A DNA stretch of 63,809 nucleotides, counting the filler, from Craspedostauros australis (lineage: Eukaryota): assembly GCA_030167865.1 (NCBI GenBank). It is 11 parts of 11 records of this genome, joined end to end, with 100 filler letters (N's around TTAATTAATTAA, not from the genome) between each part and the next. Parts side by side here need not be neighbours in the genome. Positions count along the whole stretch, not along the records: positions 33,935 to 36,351 come from JALAGF010003871.1; positions 36,452 to 39,924 come from JALAGF010003872.1; positions 40,025 to 41,654 come from JALAGF010003873.1; positions 41,755 to 43,598 come from JALAGF010003874.1; positions 43,699 to 50,837 come from JALAGF010003875.1; 6 more parts are not named here. The stretch is one strand, 5' to 3'. Under the pieces are notes generated by a model, which made no database searches, was not told where the DNA came from, and saw nothing but the letters and a program-made list of their open reading frames with translations. Each line of letters opens with the position of its first letter. Positions within the stretch are counted from its first letter, which is position 1. A program made the translations under genes and the position numbers. Positions 33,935-44,904 of the stretch are shown piece by piece.

Positions 33935-34897
33935 GGAGGGGAAGGGAAAACGGCGTTTTTTTGTAAAAGCGACTCAGAAAGAATAGAAAGTGGGTCCATT
34001 GTTGCTATTTTCCAAATTTTCCTGCTGTTCGTTGGAATCAGTCATTTCACAGGTTTCGCTGTTGCTTTCCTCGTGTATTTGTGACTTGCTTTGGGTTTGG
34101 GACAACAAGTCCATTGGTCATCGCGACTTCGTCCGCAACTCGAAGGCACACATTGCCACGACCCTCCCTGTACCGACTAATGGCACACCAACCTACCATG
34201 GTGACATTGCAACCTGCTTCTCTCCTCCTCCCCATGCATGCTATGCACAGTTCTTGTTATGTTGTTGTTGTTGTACCATATAGACTATAGTCTATAACTG
34301 TGAGCTGGAGGCGCTGTTGTACCGCCTCGTTTATTCCACAGGAGACCTGCATTGGGCACAGATACTGTAAGCAGGTCTTGTCTTGCCGTGTGATTGCATG
34401 CAATTGTGTATGCCAGCATATGCATAGTGCACGCACAGGCGGAACACGTGGTGGCACTGGCCGCTCCCACAGTGGATCAGGTGAAGCGTGCTGGACGTGT
34501 GGTTGAGTGTCAGGATGTTGGATGCAGATGGTGCACAGCGCATCCATGCCAGCTACTCTGGAGGAACCATGGTCTCAACATTCGGCATGCCATGTGTCAT
34601 GGCTAGAAGCCGTATTGCTCTGCTTGGATCGGTTTCCAGTAGGTTCTGGGCAAGCTGATGGAGGTGGGGAGGTATGGGCATTTGCGGTAGCTCTAATATG
34701 GCTTCACAACGATTCCTTGCACTTGGACAACATGCCATGCTTGGCTTCTTCCCAGAGCTTGTGATTTCGGCCGGACCCTTGTTGTAGTGCCATGTGTTGG
34801 AGCTCGTAAGTTGCTTTGGTTTGCCAGTTCATGTCCTTGTGGTGGTGCAATCTTCACGGAGATATGGGACTGTGCTTTCTGTACTCTATTGACCGTG
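33935..34897 (-). mobile_element. Diverged inverted copy of the right arm of the 29846-31796 element
   Basis: Contig starts exactly with the TIR GGAGGGGAAGGGAAAACGGCG; colinear reverse-complement similarity to about 30830-31796 with many substitutions (paired ORFs MGPLLIFSRF/MGPLLLFSKF). Confidence 0.85.
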
Positions 34898-35437
34898 CAC
34901 CCCATATCATCCCGTCCAGGCCGTCTCCGTGCTGGGCGTCCATGATGGTGGTGGTTGTCATGTGCCTGATTCCTTTTGGCGGAGTGCTGCTTTTACGTTT
35001 CAGGATGTGGAGAGCTTGGACGAGCAGGCCAGCTCTCCAAGCATGAACCTTGGGGAGCACGATGATGTCCCAGACTAGTTCAATGCAGGAGTCCCAAAAT
35101 TATCTGCCTGCATGCACTGTTGTTGTTCTTATGCTACACAAGCAACTCCTTGTTGCTCTGTCATGTGTTCACAAACAACACAATCATGATTGTGTTCAAA
35201 GTGTTTTATGCTCCTATTGCTCCTCTTGCTTCTCTTTGTTTTCTTTGTTCTTTCCTCTACCTTCAGAGACCTGGATTGCTCCTCCAGTCCAATTTGGTTC
35301 AGCCTGGGTTACTTCCTTGGTTGGCACAGCCAACTGAAGTTTTTTCAGCAGTCTTTGCGACGAATAGATTGAAAAGTGGTTNTTGTTATTGCTACTTCTA
35401 ATTTTGTTGGTTTATTGCATGTGAGTATTGCTTATTC

Positions 35438-36351
35438 TTACGGTTCCACCAGGGAATCCAACCAATCATCCATCTCCCTGATGATTCCCATTGTTTGGTT
35501 GAGGCTAAACAGTGGATTTGTATGTTTCAGTTCCAATTGCGTGATTGTGGCAACTGAGTACATTGTGTACTGGTGCTTCTCCAGCAAGTGCCGCCATTTT
35601 TGCTTCAGGCACTTCCAGTTCTTGAACCTTTTGTGTACGGTTTCATGGCGTGCACGAATCACNCCATTGCGTCGAGTGCGATCCAAGCAGCAGCTTCGCT
35701 CACCTCTGTACCCACGGTCGGCAATGACCTGTTCCAAAGGATCCAACGCATGCAGTAGCTTCTCACGATAAATCTTGATGTCTGGCCACTCCCCACAAGG
35801 ATATGGTCCGTCCACCCACACAAGGTGCCCTGTCACAATGGAGATACAAGTTTCATATCGGAGCCCTGCAGCTTGGAATTTGTGGGAATACCAGCCTGGA
35901 TCATACAATGCAGGCTCCATGATGAGGAAGTCAGTACCGTCTACAGATGCCATTGTTGTTGTTCCTGGTGGACAGCCAATTTTCCGATCTTCAAAGCATA
36001 TCTGGGATAAGATCAACGCATGTGAACATTGGCAAAGGCAGAGATTGTGAGAGATATGGCACACAATTCATCAATTGCAGCATACAGATTGCGGTTNCTC
36101 TGTTGATGTTCCCAAGTTGTGTCACTTACAAGTTCTCGGCTAAGGAGAGCCAATGCACGAAGNATAATCCAGGTCCACTTCTGTACAGTTTTCACATCCT
36201 TTCCCATTCGTCCTGCCAGCACACCCCATGTTGGATATTGTTTGAGAAACATGAGAGCGCATAGCAGGTGCTCCATTGTTGTATTCCATGGCAGTAAGTC
36301 TTCCTCATTCAGTCCATCCCATGCCATGGCAGCCACTTTGGTGTGGGTTCC
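35438..36351 (-). mobile_element. PIF/Harbinger-ISL2EU-type DDE transposase (DDE_Tnp_4-like), intron 36129-36002, 5'-truncated by the gap
   Basis: HTH-like HLLCALMFLKQYPT...DVKTVQKW; phase-0 GTAAGT...CAG intron; catalytic region SVDGTDF, WYSHKF, GLRYE, VWVDGPYPCG, IADRGY, RARHETV. Confidence 0.88.
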
Positions 36352-36451
36352 NNNNNNNNNNNNNNNNNNNNNNNNNNNNNNNNNNNNNNNNNNNNTTAAT
36401 TAATTAANNNNNNNNNNNNNNNNNNNNNNNNNNNNNNNNNNNNNNNNNNNN

Positions 36452-36867
36452 AACCAGCCGACGTGGTCGTTCTCAGCGCTAAGCGGGCGGGCAATTATGA
36501 TGACGGTGGGAAGCATCATGTTTGCACCAAGATTCAGCCCGTCCAGCGTACTGCGGCCGTACAGGAATACATGAAGTCCTACGATGCCTACGAGATCGAA
36601 CACGCCGACTTTCTGCTATACGCTGCAGTGCAAGAGTCGTTGGACCGCACCATCGCGTCGTTGGGAGTGCAACGCGTGCAGCAACGTGTCAACGAGATAC
36701 GGCGGTTACAAAGTGCGGCGGAGGAGGAGTGCGAAGCCTCGGCCGTCTGTCCGTGTTCTTCGGATGGAACATACCAGGACGCGTCTGTGAAGAACTGCTA
36801 TGTTCAGGACGCGGGATGCGGGTACCCTTGCGTCGATGCGCTTTTGGAGCAACGCAGTGGTATGTAG
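36452..36867 (+). CDS. C-terminal fragment of a diatom-type sulfotransferase-like protein
   Basis: 5'-truncated by the gap; AGNYDDG, DFLLYAAVQESLDRTI, PCSSDG, NCYVQDAGCGYPCVD match a Cys-rich C-terminus I recognise from a diatom-expanded family; the activity is inferred. Confidence 0.6.
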
Positions 36868-37411
36868 AATGGGTCGGCAGCGTCACTTCCGACCAATCGA
36901 TCATCAATCGGGGGCACTTGCGAAAAAGGGGAGTGCATTCACACAAGATGGCAGCAAGTCTATGGTTGCCAAGCCTGGTCGTTTCATGTCGCGCTGGATG
37001 AGAGGTCACCTCCTACCCACATGAAAATCGAGGAAGCCCATGGTGAAGATCCCCATCTCACTCTATCTTCCACTCTACTCCGCCCCCGCCATCTCTGTCA
37101 CAGAGCGGATTTGGGTAAAGTACGCGGAGTAACAAGGATGCAACACAAGAAGCAAGCAAATGGATGAGACCGCAATATCACTCCACTTGTATTCAACTCG
37201 TACTCTTATTCGTACTTGTCCTCTTCCTCTTCCTCGTACAGCACTCTGCTCCACTCTACTCGACTCTTATCCATAGTGGCAGCGGCGTGATGGGCGCAAA
37301 ACTCGGAGAAATGGCGCCAACGAAACGCTGACTTGCGATGGGCGGAGAGAACTTTGTGTGACAGGGATACACTTGCTCTTTTGGTTTGAACTCTTGAGAA
37401 TGATCAGAACT

Positions 37412-38884
37412 TCATCTTGTGTCTGTTGGCTGTAATTCGGCAGGAGGAACCGCATCATGACGCTCGCCGATACCCTGCAACAAAGCTTGCGCCGTCTCGT
37501 GACCCACGCTCCTGACAAAGCCCGAGACCCAGCCTCGCGTGTTGGTATCGAAGATCGTGGACAGCTTGATATTTCGGTCGTACACTTCGTCCGTCCGAGT
37601 CCATTTCAAACCAGCCCGGGGATCTTCGCGGAATGTGAAGTGATGCCGATCACCGACGTAATGATGAACTATGATTGGCGACAAGTTGGCATTCATGTGA
37701 CCTTGCCCTTGCGTGCAGATGGCCTTGATCGGTCTGTGCGGATTGCAAGCGCGGTTGCCCAGATCCTTCTCTGGGTCGATGCCGGATACATCCACGATAG
37801 CCTTTCCCATGCCGCTGTTCTGAAACGGAAGGTGCCAGTTCCACCGGTATGTGTGGAACTTGGATTGCTTCCAGGTGGTGGACATGCCTTCGAATTCCGT
37901 CGTGTTGGCTGCTGCGATATCACGGCTCCTCTCGCGAGATCCAAACAGCAACCGGCGGAAACCGACACAGGGACTCGAGATCATGGCGGAGATATTGGAC
38001 CGCCTTCCCAAGTCCAGGAGCTCCATCATCGTGATGCGGTCGAACGTTGGGAGTATCGTAGCCTTGTTCGCTGACGCTTGTGTTGTCGTTGCTCTCGATT
38101 GCTGCGACGAGTGCGAATCATCGACGGAGATCCCAATGCGATATTCCGGCATCACGTTCTGATTGGGAATGAGGAATTCGTCGATATCATGCGTCGTCAC
38201 CCATGACCACTTTCCCTCCGAGTGCAATTGCAAGAAGCACTTCCTCATGAACTCGTGCTGCCGACGGTAGAAATAATCCGTCTGTTGCCTGGGATCCATG
38301 GCCTCGTGCTGCTCATCGGACAGCTCAGCATCGCCAAGAACATAGGTCGCATTCCAGATATCCGCGTCCAACATCCCGCGAGATGTGTATCGTTCGAGTA
38401 TCTCCATCGGCGATGTCTTGGCACGTGGATCTGGATGGAAGATGAGCCGTCTCATCGGCATGTTGTGATAGTGGAAGGCGAGCCATTCGATGAGGTTGTG
38501 GTTATCGTCCTTCCACAGCAGACACGCCGCCATGCCCGCTCCTGCTGTGACGTTGTCATGATGGTACCTTCCGATGGGGACATCCTTGAATGACCCCGGT
38601 TGCTCCTGAACGAGGGTGGCATCCGATGTTTCTGCCAGGACTTCGGTCAATCGAAGGAGATCATCCGCGGCATCATCGGTGCCGAGTTGGGAGGCATTGC
38701 GGCTCGCCCATCTGCCGGCGACCGCGAATTGCAGTGCGGTCAGCAATGCGACTGGCAACAACATCAATGAAAGAACGGACGGCTTCTTTTCCATCGTTGT
38801 CATTGTCTTCTTCTTCTTCGTCTTCCGTCTATTGATCTTGCTCCGTCTTGGTTTCTTGGGCTCTTTGGTTTCTTGGTCTTCCAT
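37412..38884 (-). CDS. Type II membrane glycosyltransferase, GT92/GT2-like (GT-A)
   Basis: 490 aa; basic N-terminus plus TM anchor; ACLLWKDDNHNLIEWLAFHYH, DxD-type WVTTHDIDEF, GKAIVDV, NPHRP, VHHYVG. Confidence 0.8.
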   Translation of the reverse strand: MEDQETKEPKKPRRSKINRRKTKKKKTMTTMEKKPSVLSLMLLPVALLTALQFAVAGRWASRNASQLGTDDAADDLLRLTEVLAETSDATLVQEQPGSFKDVPIGRYHHDNVTAGAGMAACLLWKDDNHNLIEWLAFHYHNMPMRRLIFHPDPRAKTSPMEILERYTSRGMLDADIWNATYVLGDAELSDEQHEAMDPRQQTDYFYRRQHEFMRKCFLQLHSEGKWSWVTTHDIDEFLIPNQNVMPEYRIGISVDDSHSSQQSRATTTQASANKATILPTFDRITMMELLDLGRRSNISAMISSPCVGFRRLLFGSRERSRDIAAANTTEFEGMSTTWKQSKFHTYRWNWHLPFQNSGMGKAIVDVSGIDPEKDLGNRACNPHRPIKAICTQGQGHMNANLSPIIVHHYVGDRHHFTFREDPRAGLKWTRTDEVYDRNIKLSTIFDTNTRGWVSGFVRSVGHETAQALLQGIGERHDAVPPAELQPTDTR

Positions 38885-40024
38885 GATTCTGATGTCCGCG
38901 AGATGCAGAGAGGGAGAGAGAGAAAAAGAGGTTTATTGGCAGGAAGGTGCTGATTGTGTTCGTCCTGGGTGGAGGCAAGGAAAGTGGAGTAGTCGTACTC
39001 TGCAGAGCAGGGCGGAATGGAGTGGTCAAGTGTTGAGCAGACGTGAACAAGGTGATAGAGAAAGCCGCCAAAGGGCACAAGTAGCTGGTGCAAACGTCTT
39101 GGCCCGTTGCTGCGTGCGCTGTTGGGAGGTTTCGTTTCGTATTTGCGAGTTGTCCGGACACAATGGTGACTTCCTGAAACCCGAAAATTGAATCTGAAGG
39201 ACAACCCAAGGCCCAATTCCGCGACAGTTCGAGCCGGTCATGCCCCAAAACAGCTTCGGGAAATGGCCATCTGTGGCTCTGTTTTTCGGGTTGGAGGAAG
39301 ATCCCGAAATACTTTGTGTCCTGCGAAGTGGTTGTTTCCAAGTGTATGTCAGCAATCGGGTGTTCTTTGACGCTGCGTTACCGTAACTCTCAACAGTGGA
39401 TAGGATCGAGCGTCTTGAAATATCGAGTTACCGCACCTCCCAATGTGGCTCCTCGTGAGACTCTGAAATATGAGGCGCATGGCGAAGGAGCCAACACCGC
39501 GTAACAAATGTGCAAGGGGCGGAGATGAACGACTCGCGACCAACTTCACCATAACGTGATAATTGCCCCATGTCGCAGCAAACAAGAAAAGAGGTTTCGA
39601 AAAGGACCAGGGTCACGAAGTGCTAAATGGCACGCGTGCGAGCCCCACATGACAAGCCGGCGAGTGTTGAGTGACGACGGATGACTGCCTCAACACGAGA
39701 CATTGTGAAAACAGTCATCGGACCTGTTTTCGTGGAACGTGGAGATGGCGAACCCTGAATGGGGTCCTATTGTGAGTTGTCCGAGGACTATTTCCGACCA
39801 GTATTTTCGATGAAAACGATTAGTAAAGAGGGAAGAAGTACATTGAAAGCTGTCATGGCCTGGCCGAGTACTGGAGGTCACCGAAGGCTTGCATGCCCCG
39901 GTTGTACGCCCTCTGACTAACTCCNNNNNNNNNNNNNNNNNNNNNNNNNNNNNNNNNNNNNNNNNNNNTTAATTAATTAANNNNNNNNNNNNNNNNNNNN
40001 NNNNNNNNNNNNNNNNNNNNNNNN

Positions 40025-41134
40025 CTATCGTTGTATGATGAATGGGGCGCAACGGCAAAGGTGCAGCAGATGAGGGCGACGTACCCGCAGGATCAATTCA
40101 TCGTTACATCCGAAGGAACCAACGGAGGGCGACAGTCAGGCCAAGCCCGGCACACTACCGATGCCCGCATGTGCATCGAGACTGCCCACAAGATGTTCGC
40201 TGAAATTAATTTAGATGTTCTGTAAGCATGTACATAATTGAGTTCGCGAGATATTTGGGCCGTGGGTTCCTCTAATCTTCGACAGTCCATTTCGCACCAT
40301 AGCCCGTAAGACACTTGGACGACATCTACCCATAGCTAGAGGTCTTGGGAACTTGGCACAAGGTGTAGCCACACTCAAATGCTCGCGGAGACTCCGATAG
40401 GGTCACTTGGGACATGGTGCATCATTGTCGCAGACCCAGATGAGACGAGTGTGTTGCCTCTCATCTTTCCTCATGTCAATTTGTGGTGCATGGGTCTGAC
40501 CTATGTTCGTCTGTACCAGTGGTACCGAAAACCACGATTGAATTCATTGCGGAGACCTCGTGAATCCGGCCTGGCCAAACAGACTCCTTTCAGCAACGAT
40601 TGTTGCCGACTTCAATGAAGGTACTAACACCATAGTCGTTGGATTTTCGTGTGCTGTTGTGACACGATCCGGAAGGGAAGGCTTTGCTGACTGCCAGTTC
40701 AAAGGAAGTTGTTGATGCAGTTAGCGAGGAATGACCATCTGGGAAGTAGTAGTGTTGACAATGAGTAGATAAGTGATGTTTGCACTGATCTTGAGTTGTG
40801 CTATTTGGTATTCGATAGTTCTGCATTGTGAGTTGATCAGATGATGAAGGTAGGATGAAGAAACGATGTTCACATGACTGGTGCGGCTCTGCACTCATCC
40901 TCAGAGGTTCAGAGTTGAGAACGGACAGGGCTCCTTGCTCTCTGTTACCTTTACTGTCTGCAGTAGTCTTTCTACATTCAAGTACAAGAACTTGACATCT
41001 TGTTTGGAGTTGTAGGTGGAGATACAGCAGACAGGTGATGGGAGTTACAGTTGGATTCCTGGCTTGTGTTGGAGCAGGTTGGATCTCCTTGTTGTTATCA
41101 AGTAGAGGAAGCAGGTGTCATAGCTGACAAGGGA
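40025..41134. repeat. Inverted duplicate of 41755-42864 (overlapping, unmerged contigs)
   Basis: Mirror ORFs are identical; each copy begins at a contig edge; coordinates sum to a constant 82889. Confidence 0.92.
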
Positions 41135-41397
41135 ATCGAGACAAGTTGCAATACACGGATTTAGGGAGCATAGAGTTCCTAGAACAGCTTGGATCAAGTT
41201 GATCATGCAGTTTGAGTCAGCGATGATCCGTGAATGGGAAAAGGGGGAAGAGGAAGAAGGATTTCGCTGTTGTCATGGTCGGAAGATTTCGCGCCAAAAG
41301 CGATTTTCAGGTAACAGCATGGGATACACTAAAGTGGAAAGTAGTCTGTTCTTAAGTGAACTTCAACTGGGTTCTGTCGAGATGTACATGTGAGTAT

Positions 41398-41654
41398 ATG
41401 TCGAGATGTACGAGTATATGTGCATCGTTCACCCGCTATTCTCTCATACGCACTTGGACGGTATAACTACANNNNNNNNNNNNNNNNNNNNNNNNNNNNN
41501 NNNNNNNNNNNNNNNNNGGAACACACGAAAAGGGGCAAGATTTCTGGAGGAAATTTGCAAATGACGATTCCTGAGAGAATTGGAAGATCGTCCGTCCATC
41601 CATCAATGGTACCAAGAGAATCTCGAGGTACTTCCCAACTAAACCTCAGATGAC
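41398..41654 (+). mobile_element. Diverged fragment of the left interior of the 29846-31796 element
   Basis: Similar to 30078-30344 (shared GTATATGTGCATCGTTCACC, GGAACACACGAAAA, TTTCTGGAGGAAATTTG, ATCGTCCGTCCATCCATCAATGG, CTCGAGGTAC). Confidence 0.75.
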
Positions 41655-42663
41655 NNNNNNNNNNNNNNNNNNNNNNNNNNNNNNNNNNNNNNNNNNNNTT
41701 AATTAATTAANNNNNNNNNNNNNNNNNNNNNNNNNNNNNNNNNNNNNNNNNNNNTCCCTTGTCAGCTATGACACCTGCTTCCTCTACTTGATAACAACAA
41801 GGAGATCCAACCTGCTCCAACACAAGCCAGGAATCCAACTGTAACTCCCATCACCTGTCTGCTGTATCTCCACCTACAACTCCAAACAAGATGTCAAGTT
41901 CTTGTACTTGAATGTAGAAAGACTACTGCAGACAGTAAAGGTAACAGAGAGCAAGGAGCCCTGTCCGTTCTCAACTCTGAACCTCTGAGGATGAGTGCAG
42001 AGCCGCACCAGTCATGTGAACATCGTTTCTTCATCCTACCTTCATCATCTGATCAACTCACAATGCAGAACTATCGAATACCAAATAGCACAACTCAAGA
42101 TCAGTGCAAACATCACTTATCTACTCATTGTCAACACTACTACTTCCCAGATGGTCATTCCTCGCTAACTGCATCAACAACTTCCTTTGAACTGGCAGTC
42201 AGCAAAGCCTTCCCTTCCGGATCGTGTCACAACAGCACACGAAAATCCAACGACTATGGTGTTAGTACCTTCATTGAAGTCGGCAACAATCGTTGCTGAA
42301 AGGAGTCTGTTTGGCCAGGCCGGATTCACGAGGTCTCCGCAATGAATTCAATCGTGGTTTTCGGTACCACTGGTACAGACGAACATAGGTCAGACCCATG
42401 CACCACAAATTGACATGAGGAAAGATGAGAGGCAACACACTCGTCTCATCTGGGTCTGCGACAATGATGCACCATGTCCCAAGTGACCCTATCGGAGTCT
42501 CCGCGAGCATTTGAGTGTGGCTACACCTTGTGCCAAGTTCCCAAGACCTCTAGCTATGGGTAGATGTCGTCCAAGTGTCTTACGGGCTATGGTGCGAAAT
42601 GGACTGTCGAAGATTAGAGGAACCCACGGCCCAAATATCTCGCGAACTCAATTATGTACATGC

Positions 42664-43598
42664 TTACAGAACATCTAAATTAATTTCAGCGAACATCTTG
42701 TGGGCAGTCTCGATGCACATGCGGGCATCGGTAGTGTGCCGGGCTTGGCCTGACTGTCGCCCTCCGTTGGTTCCTTCGGATGTAACGATGAATTGATCCT
42801 GCGGGTACGTCGCCCTCATCTGCTGCACCTTTGCCGTTGCGCCCCATTCATCATACAACGATAGCGCATTCGACAGATACTGTCGTGACCAGAATGCGTT
42901 GTCAGTGGCATCCTCATGACTTGCGCCATGTGAGCGGGGGTTGACCACAGTGGGTGCGGACATGAAGTATGCACCAGCCAACTCGTACGCCAAGGCCGTA
43001 TCGTGGATGTGACCGGACCGGGCCGAGCACGATATCGCCTTGTTGTATGCCGCCTTCGCGATATCGATGGATCGGGATGACGATGCCGCTTCGATATCTG
43101 CCTCCATCAGCAGAAAGCGATGCAGGTTGTTACCGCCCTTTGCTTCGATGCAGTATTTCATTTGGGCGAGAAATTGCCTTGCTCGTCGGAGGTACTTCCG
43201 ATGCCGCCGTTGCTGATTTTGTTGCCTGTACTGCCGAGCCAACCTGGAGCAGATGAGTCCGGAATGGTAGATCTTCGTAGATTCCATCATGTACGTGGCC
43301 TCCAGCTTGCTTACAGCGTAGAATGGCTTGATGTACGCTTTGCCTTGCTCCAGCTGGCCGAAGTATGTTGCGAGCTGAATGCGACTCCAGTAGAAGAGCA
43401 TCCAAGTCAAGTACTCGGAGGCGCCGATCTTGTCCAAAGGTGGTGGCACCACCACCGTGATCCAAGGGTGGCTATCGTCGTAGTCACGCAACAAATACTC
43501 GATGGTGTAGTGGATATGGTCATGAACAGATGCGATTGCCGTGAGGTTGTAGTGCCGTAGCTGCTGAATGAACTTGCGGCTGCTGTTCTGGAGCGGAC
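42664..43598 (-). CDS. C-terminal TPR-like part of a third STAND ATPase paralogue, 5'-truncated by the gap
   Basis: Frame open from the gap; GGNNLHRFLLMEAD, AYNKAI...ARSGHIHDTALAYELAG, LYDEWGATAKV. Confidence 0.8.
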
Positions 43599-43699
43599 NN
43601 NNNNNNNNNNNNNNNNNNNNNNNNNNNNNNNNNNNNNNNNNNTTAATTAATTAANNNNNNNNNNNNNNNNNNNNNNNNNNNNNNNNNNNNNNNNNNNNC

Positions 43700-44899
43700 A
43701 TGACGAGCCTCCTTGGATCGATCTTCGGCGGAGAAGCGCAGAAGGATGAAACCAGGGAATCGCTGTTCGATGAGTCGAAGGCGCTTCCAGAACGCCCGCA
43801 GCACAAGCCCGTGGAACGGCCGCCCAGCCGCGATAGAAGTGGCGACGGCGATGCCACTTTCTCGGAGGAAGCCGCAGATGGCAACAAGCGGAGAACGAAG
43901 GGCAGGAAGCCACAGAAGCCAGCTGGCGCAACGCAGAACCCGGAGGACGGCAATGACGCTGGCGGCAGAATTGACGACGAGCGCACCATCTTCGTCGGCA
44001 ACCTCCCCCTCATTTCGCGCAAGGCGCTGGCCAGGCTGTTCGCTGACTGCGGGACGGTCCACAGCGCGCGTCTGCGCAACATCCCCGTCACGGGCATCAA
44101 GCTTCCGCCCTCCGAGGCCGGCAACCAGGATCTCATGCGCAAGGTTTGCGTCAACACGGGGAAGATAGAATCCACCGCGGCCACGGTGCAAGGATACGTC
44201 GTCTTCAAATCTGCGGAATCGGTTGAGAAGGCGCTGCAGCTCAATAACGTATTGAAAGTGGAAGGACACACGTTGCGCATCGATCGTGCGAAACCCACGA
44301 TTGATGCATCGCGCAGCGTCTTCGTCGGCAATCTGTCGCACGGCCACACCGACGAAGCGTCATTGCAAAAGCACTTCGAAACCGGCTGTTCGTTGGACAA
44401 GGGCGACATCGAAGGTGTTCGAATTGTGAGAGACAAGGAAACGCGCCAATGCAAGGGATTCGGTTACATTCTGTTCCGCGACAAATCATTGGCAGCCTCG
44501 GCGCTGAAGCTGCACGGCACAACGTACAACAAACGAGAGCTGCGCGTTCAGGTGTGTGGCAAGCGATTGAAAGGTGGCAAAGGCAATCGCAGCACAGCCA
44601 AGAAGAGTGCTGCGACCGGCGCTAGCGTCCCCAAATCACCGTCGAACGGCAAGCAACGCCAGACGAAATCCGCCGGCGCCGTCCACGAACAGGCAACCGC
44701 AGGAGCATTTCGTCGCATCCTCGCCAAGCAGGCAACGCAGTCGTCCAAATCCTATTCAGAGAAAGACCGCAAACGCGGCGCCAAGCGCAAATCGTCCACC
44801 AATTCCAAACGCGCCGCCATCGAAAAGAAGACTGAAAAACGAGTCAAGAAGCTGCATAAACGAATGGTCAAGGGTATGGGAAAGAATAAGAATCGATGA
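43700..44899 (+). CDS. RBM34: RBM34/Nop12-like nucleolar RNA-binding protein (two RRMs)
   Basis: ERTIFVGNLP, SARLRNIP, GYVVF, HTLRIDRA, SVFVGNL, VRIVRDKETRQCKGFGYILF; Lys/Arg-rich tail. Confidence 0.88.
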   Translation: MTSLLGSIFGGEAQKDETRESLFDESKALPERPQHKPVERPPSRDRSGDGDATFSEEAADGNKRRTKGRKPQKPAGATQNPEDGNDAGGRIDDERTIFVGNLPLISRKALARLFADCGTVHSARLRNIPVTGIKLPPSEAGNQDLMRKVCVNTGKIESTAATVQGYVVFKSAESVEKALQLNNVLKVEGHTLRIDRAKPTIDASRSVFVGNLSHGHTDEASLQKHFETGCSLDKGDIEGVRIVRDKETRQCKGFGYILFRDKSLAASALKLHGTTYNKRELRVQVCGKRLKGGKGNRSTAKKSAATGASVPKSPSNGKQRQTKSAGAVHEQATAGAFRRILAKQATQSSKSYSEKDRKRGAKRKSSTNSKRAAIEKKTEKRVKKLHKRMVKGMGKNKNR

Positions 44900-44904
44900 A
44901 ATTA

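Noticed and set aside
30830..34897. Composite transposon formed by inverted arms flanking the STAND fragment
   Set aside because: An artificial gap separates the arms, the TIR termini face inward, and the left arm is the right end of a self-contained element with its own TSD.
2406..38884. Glycan-biosynthesis gene cluster (GT4, fucosyltransferase-like, sulfotransferase-like, GT92-like)
   Set aside because: Genes are dispersed among unrelated ones and across contigs, and these families are abundant in diatoms; only the last two are truly adjacent.
40230..41330. Possible decayed LTR-retrotransposon coding sequence
   Set aside because: Stops in the frames examined and no clear gag, integrase or RT motif.
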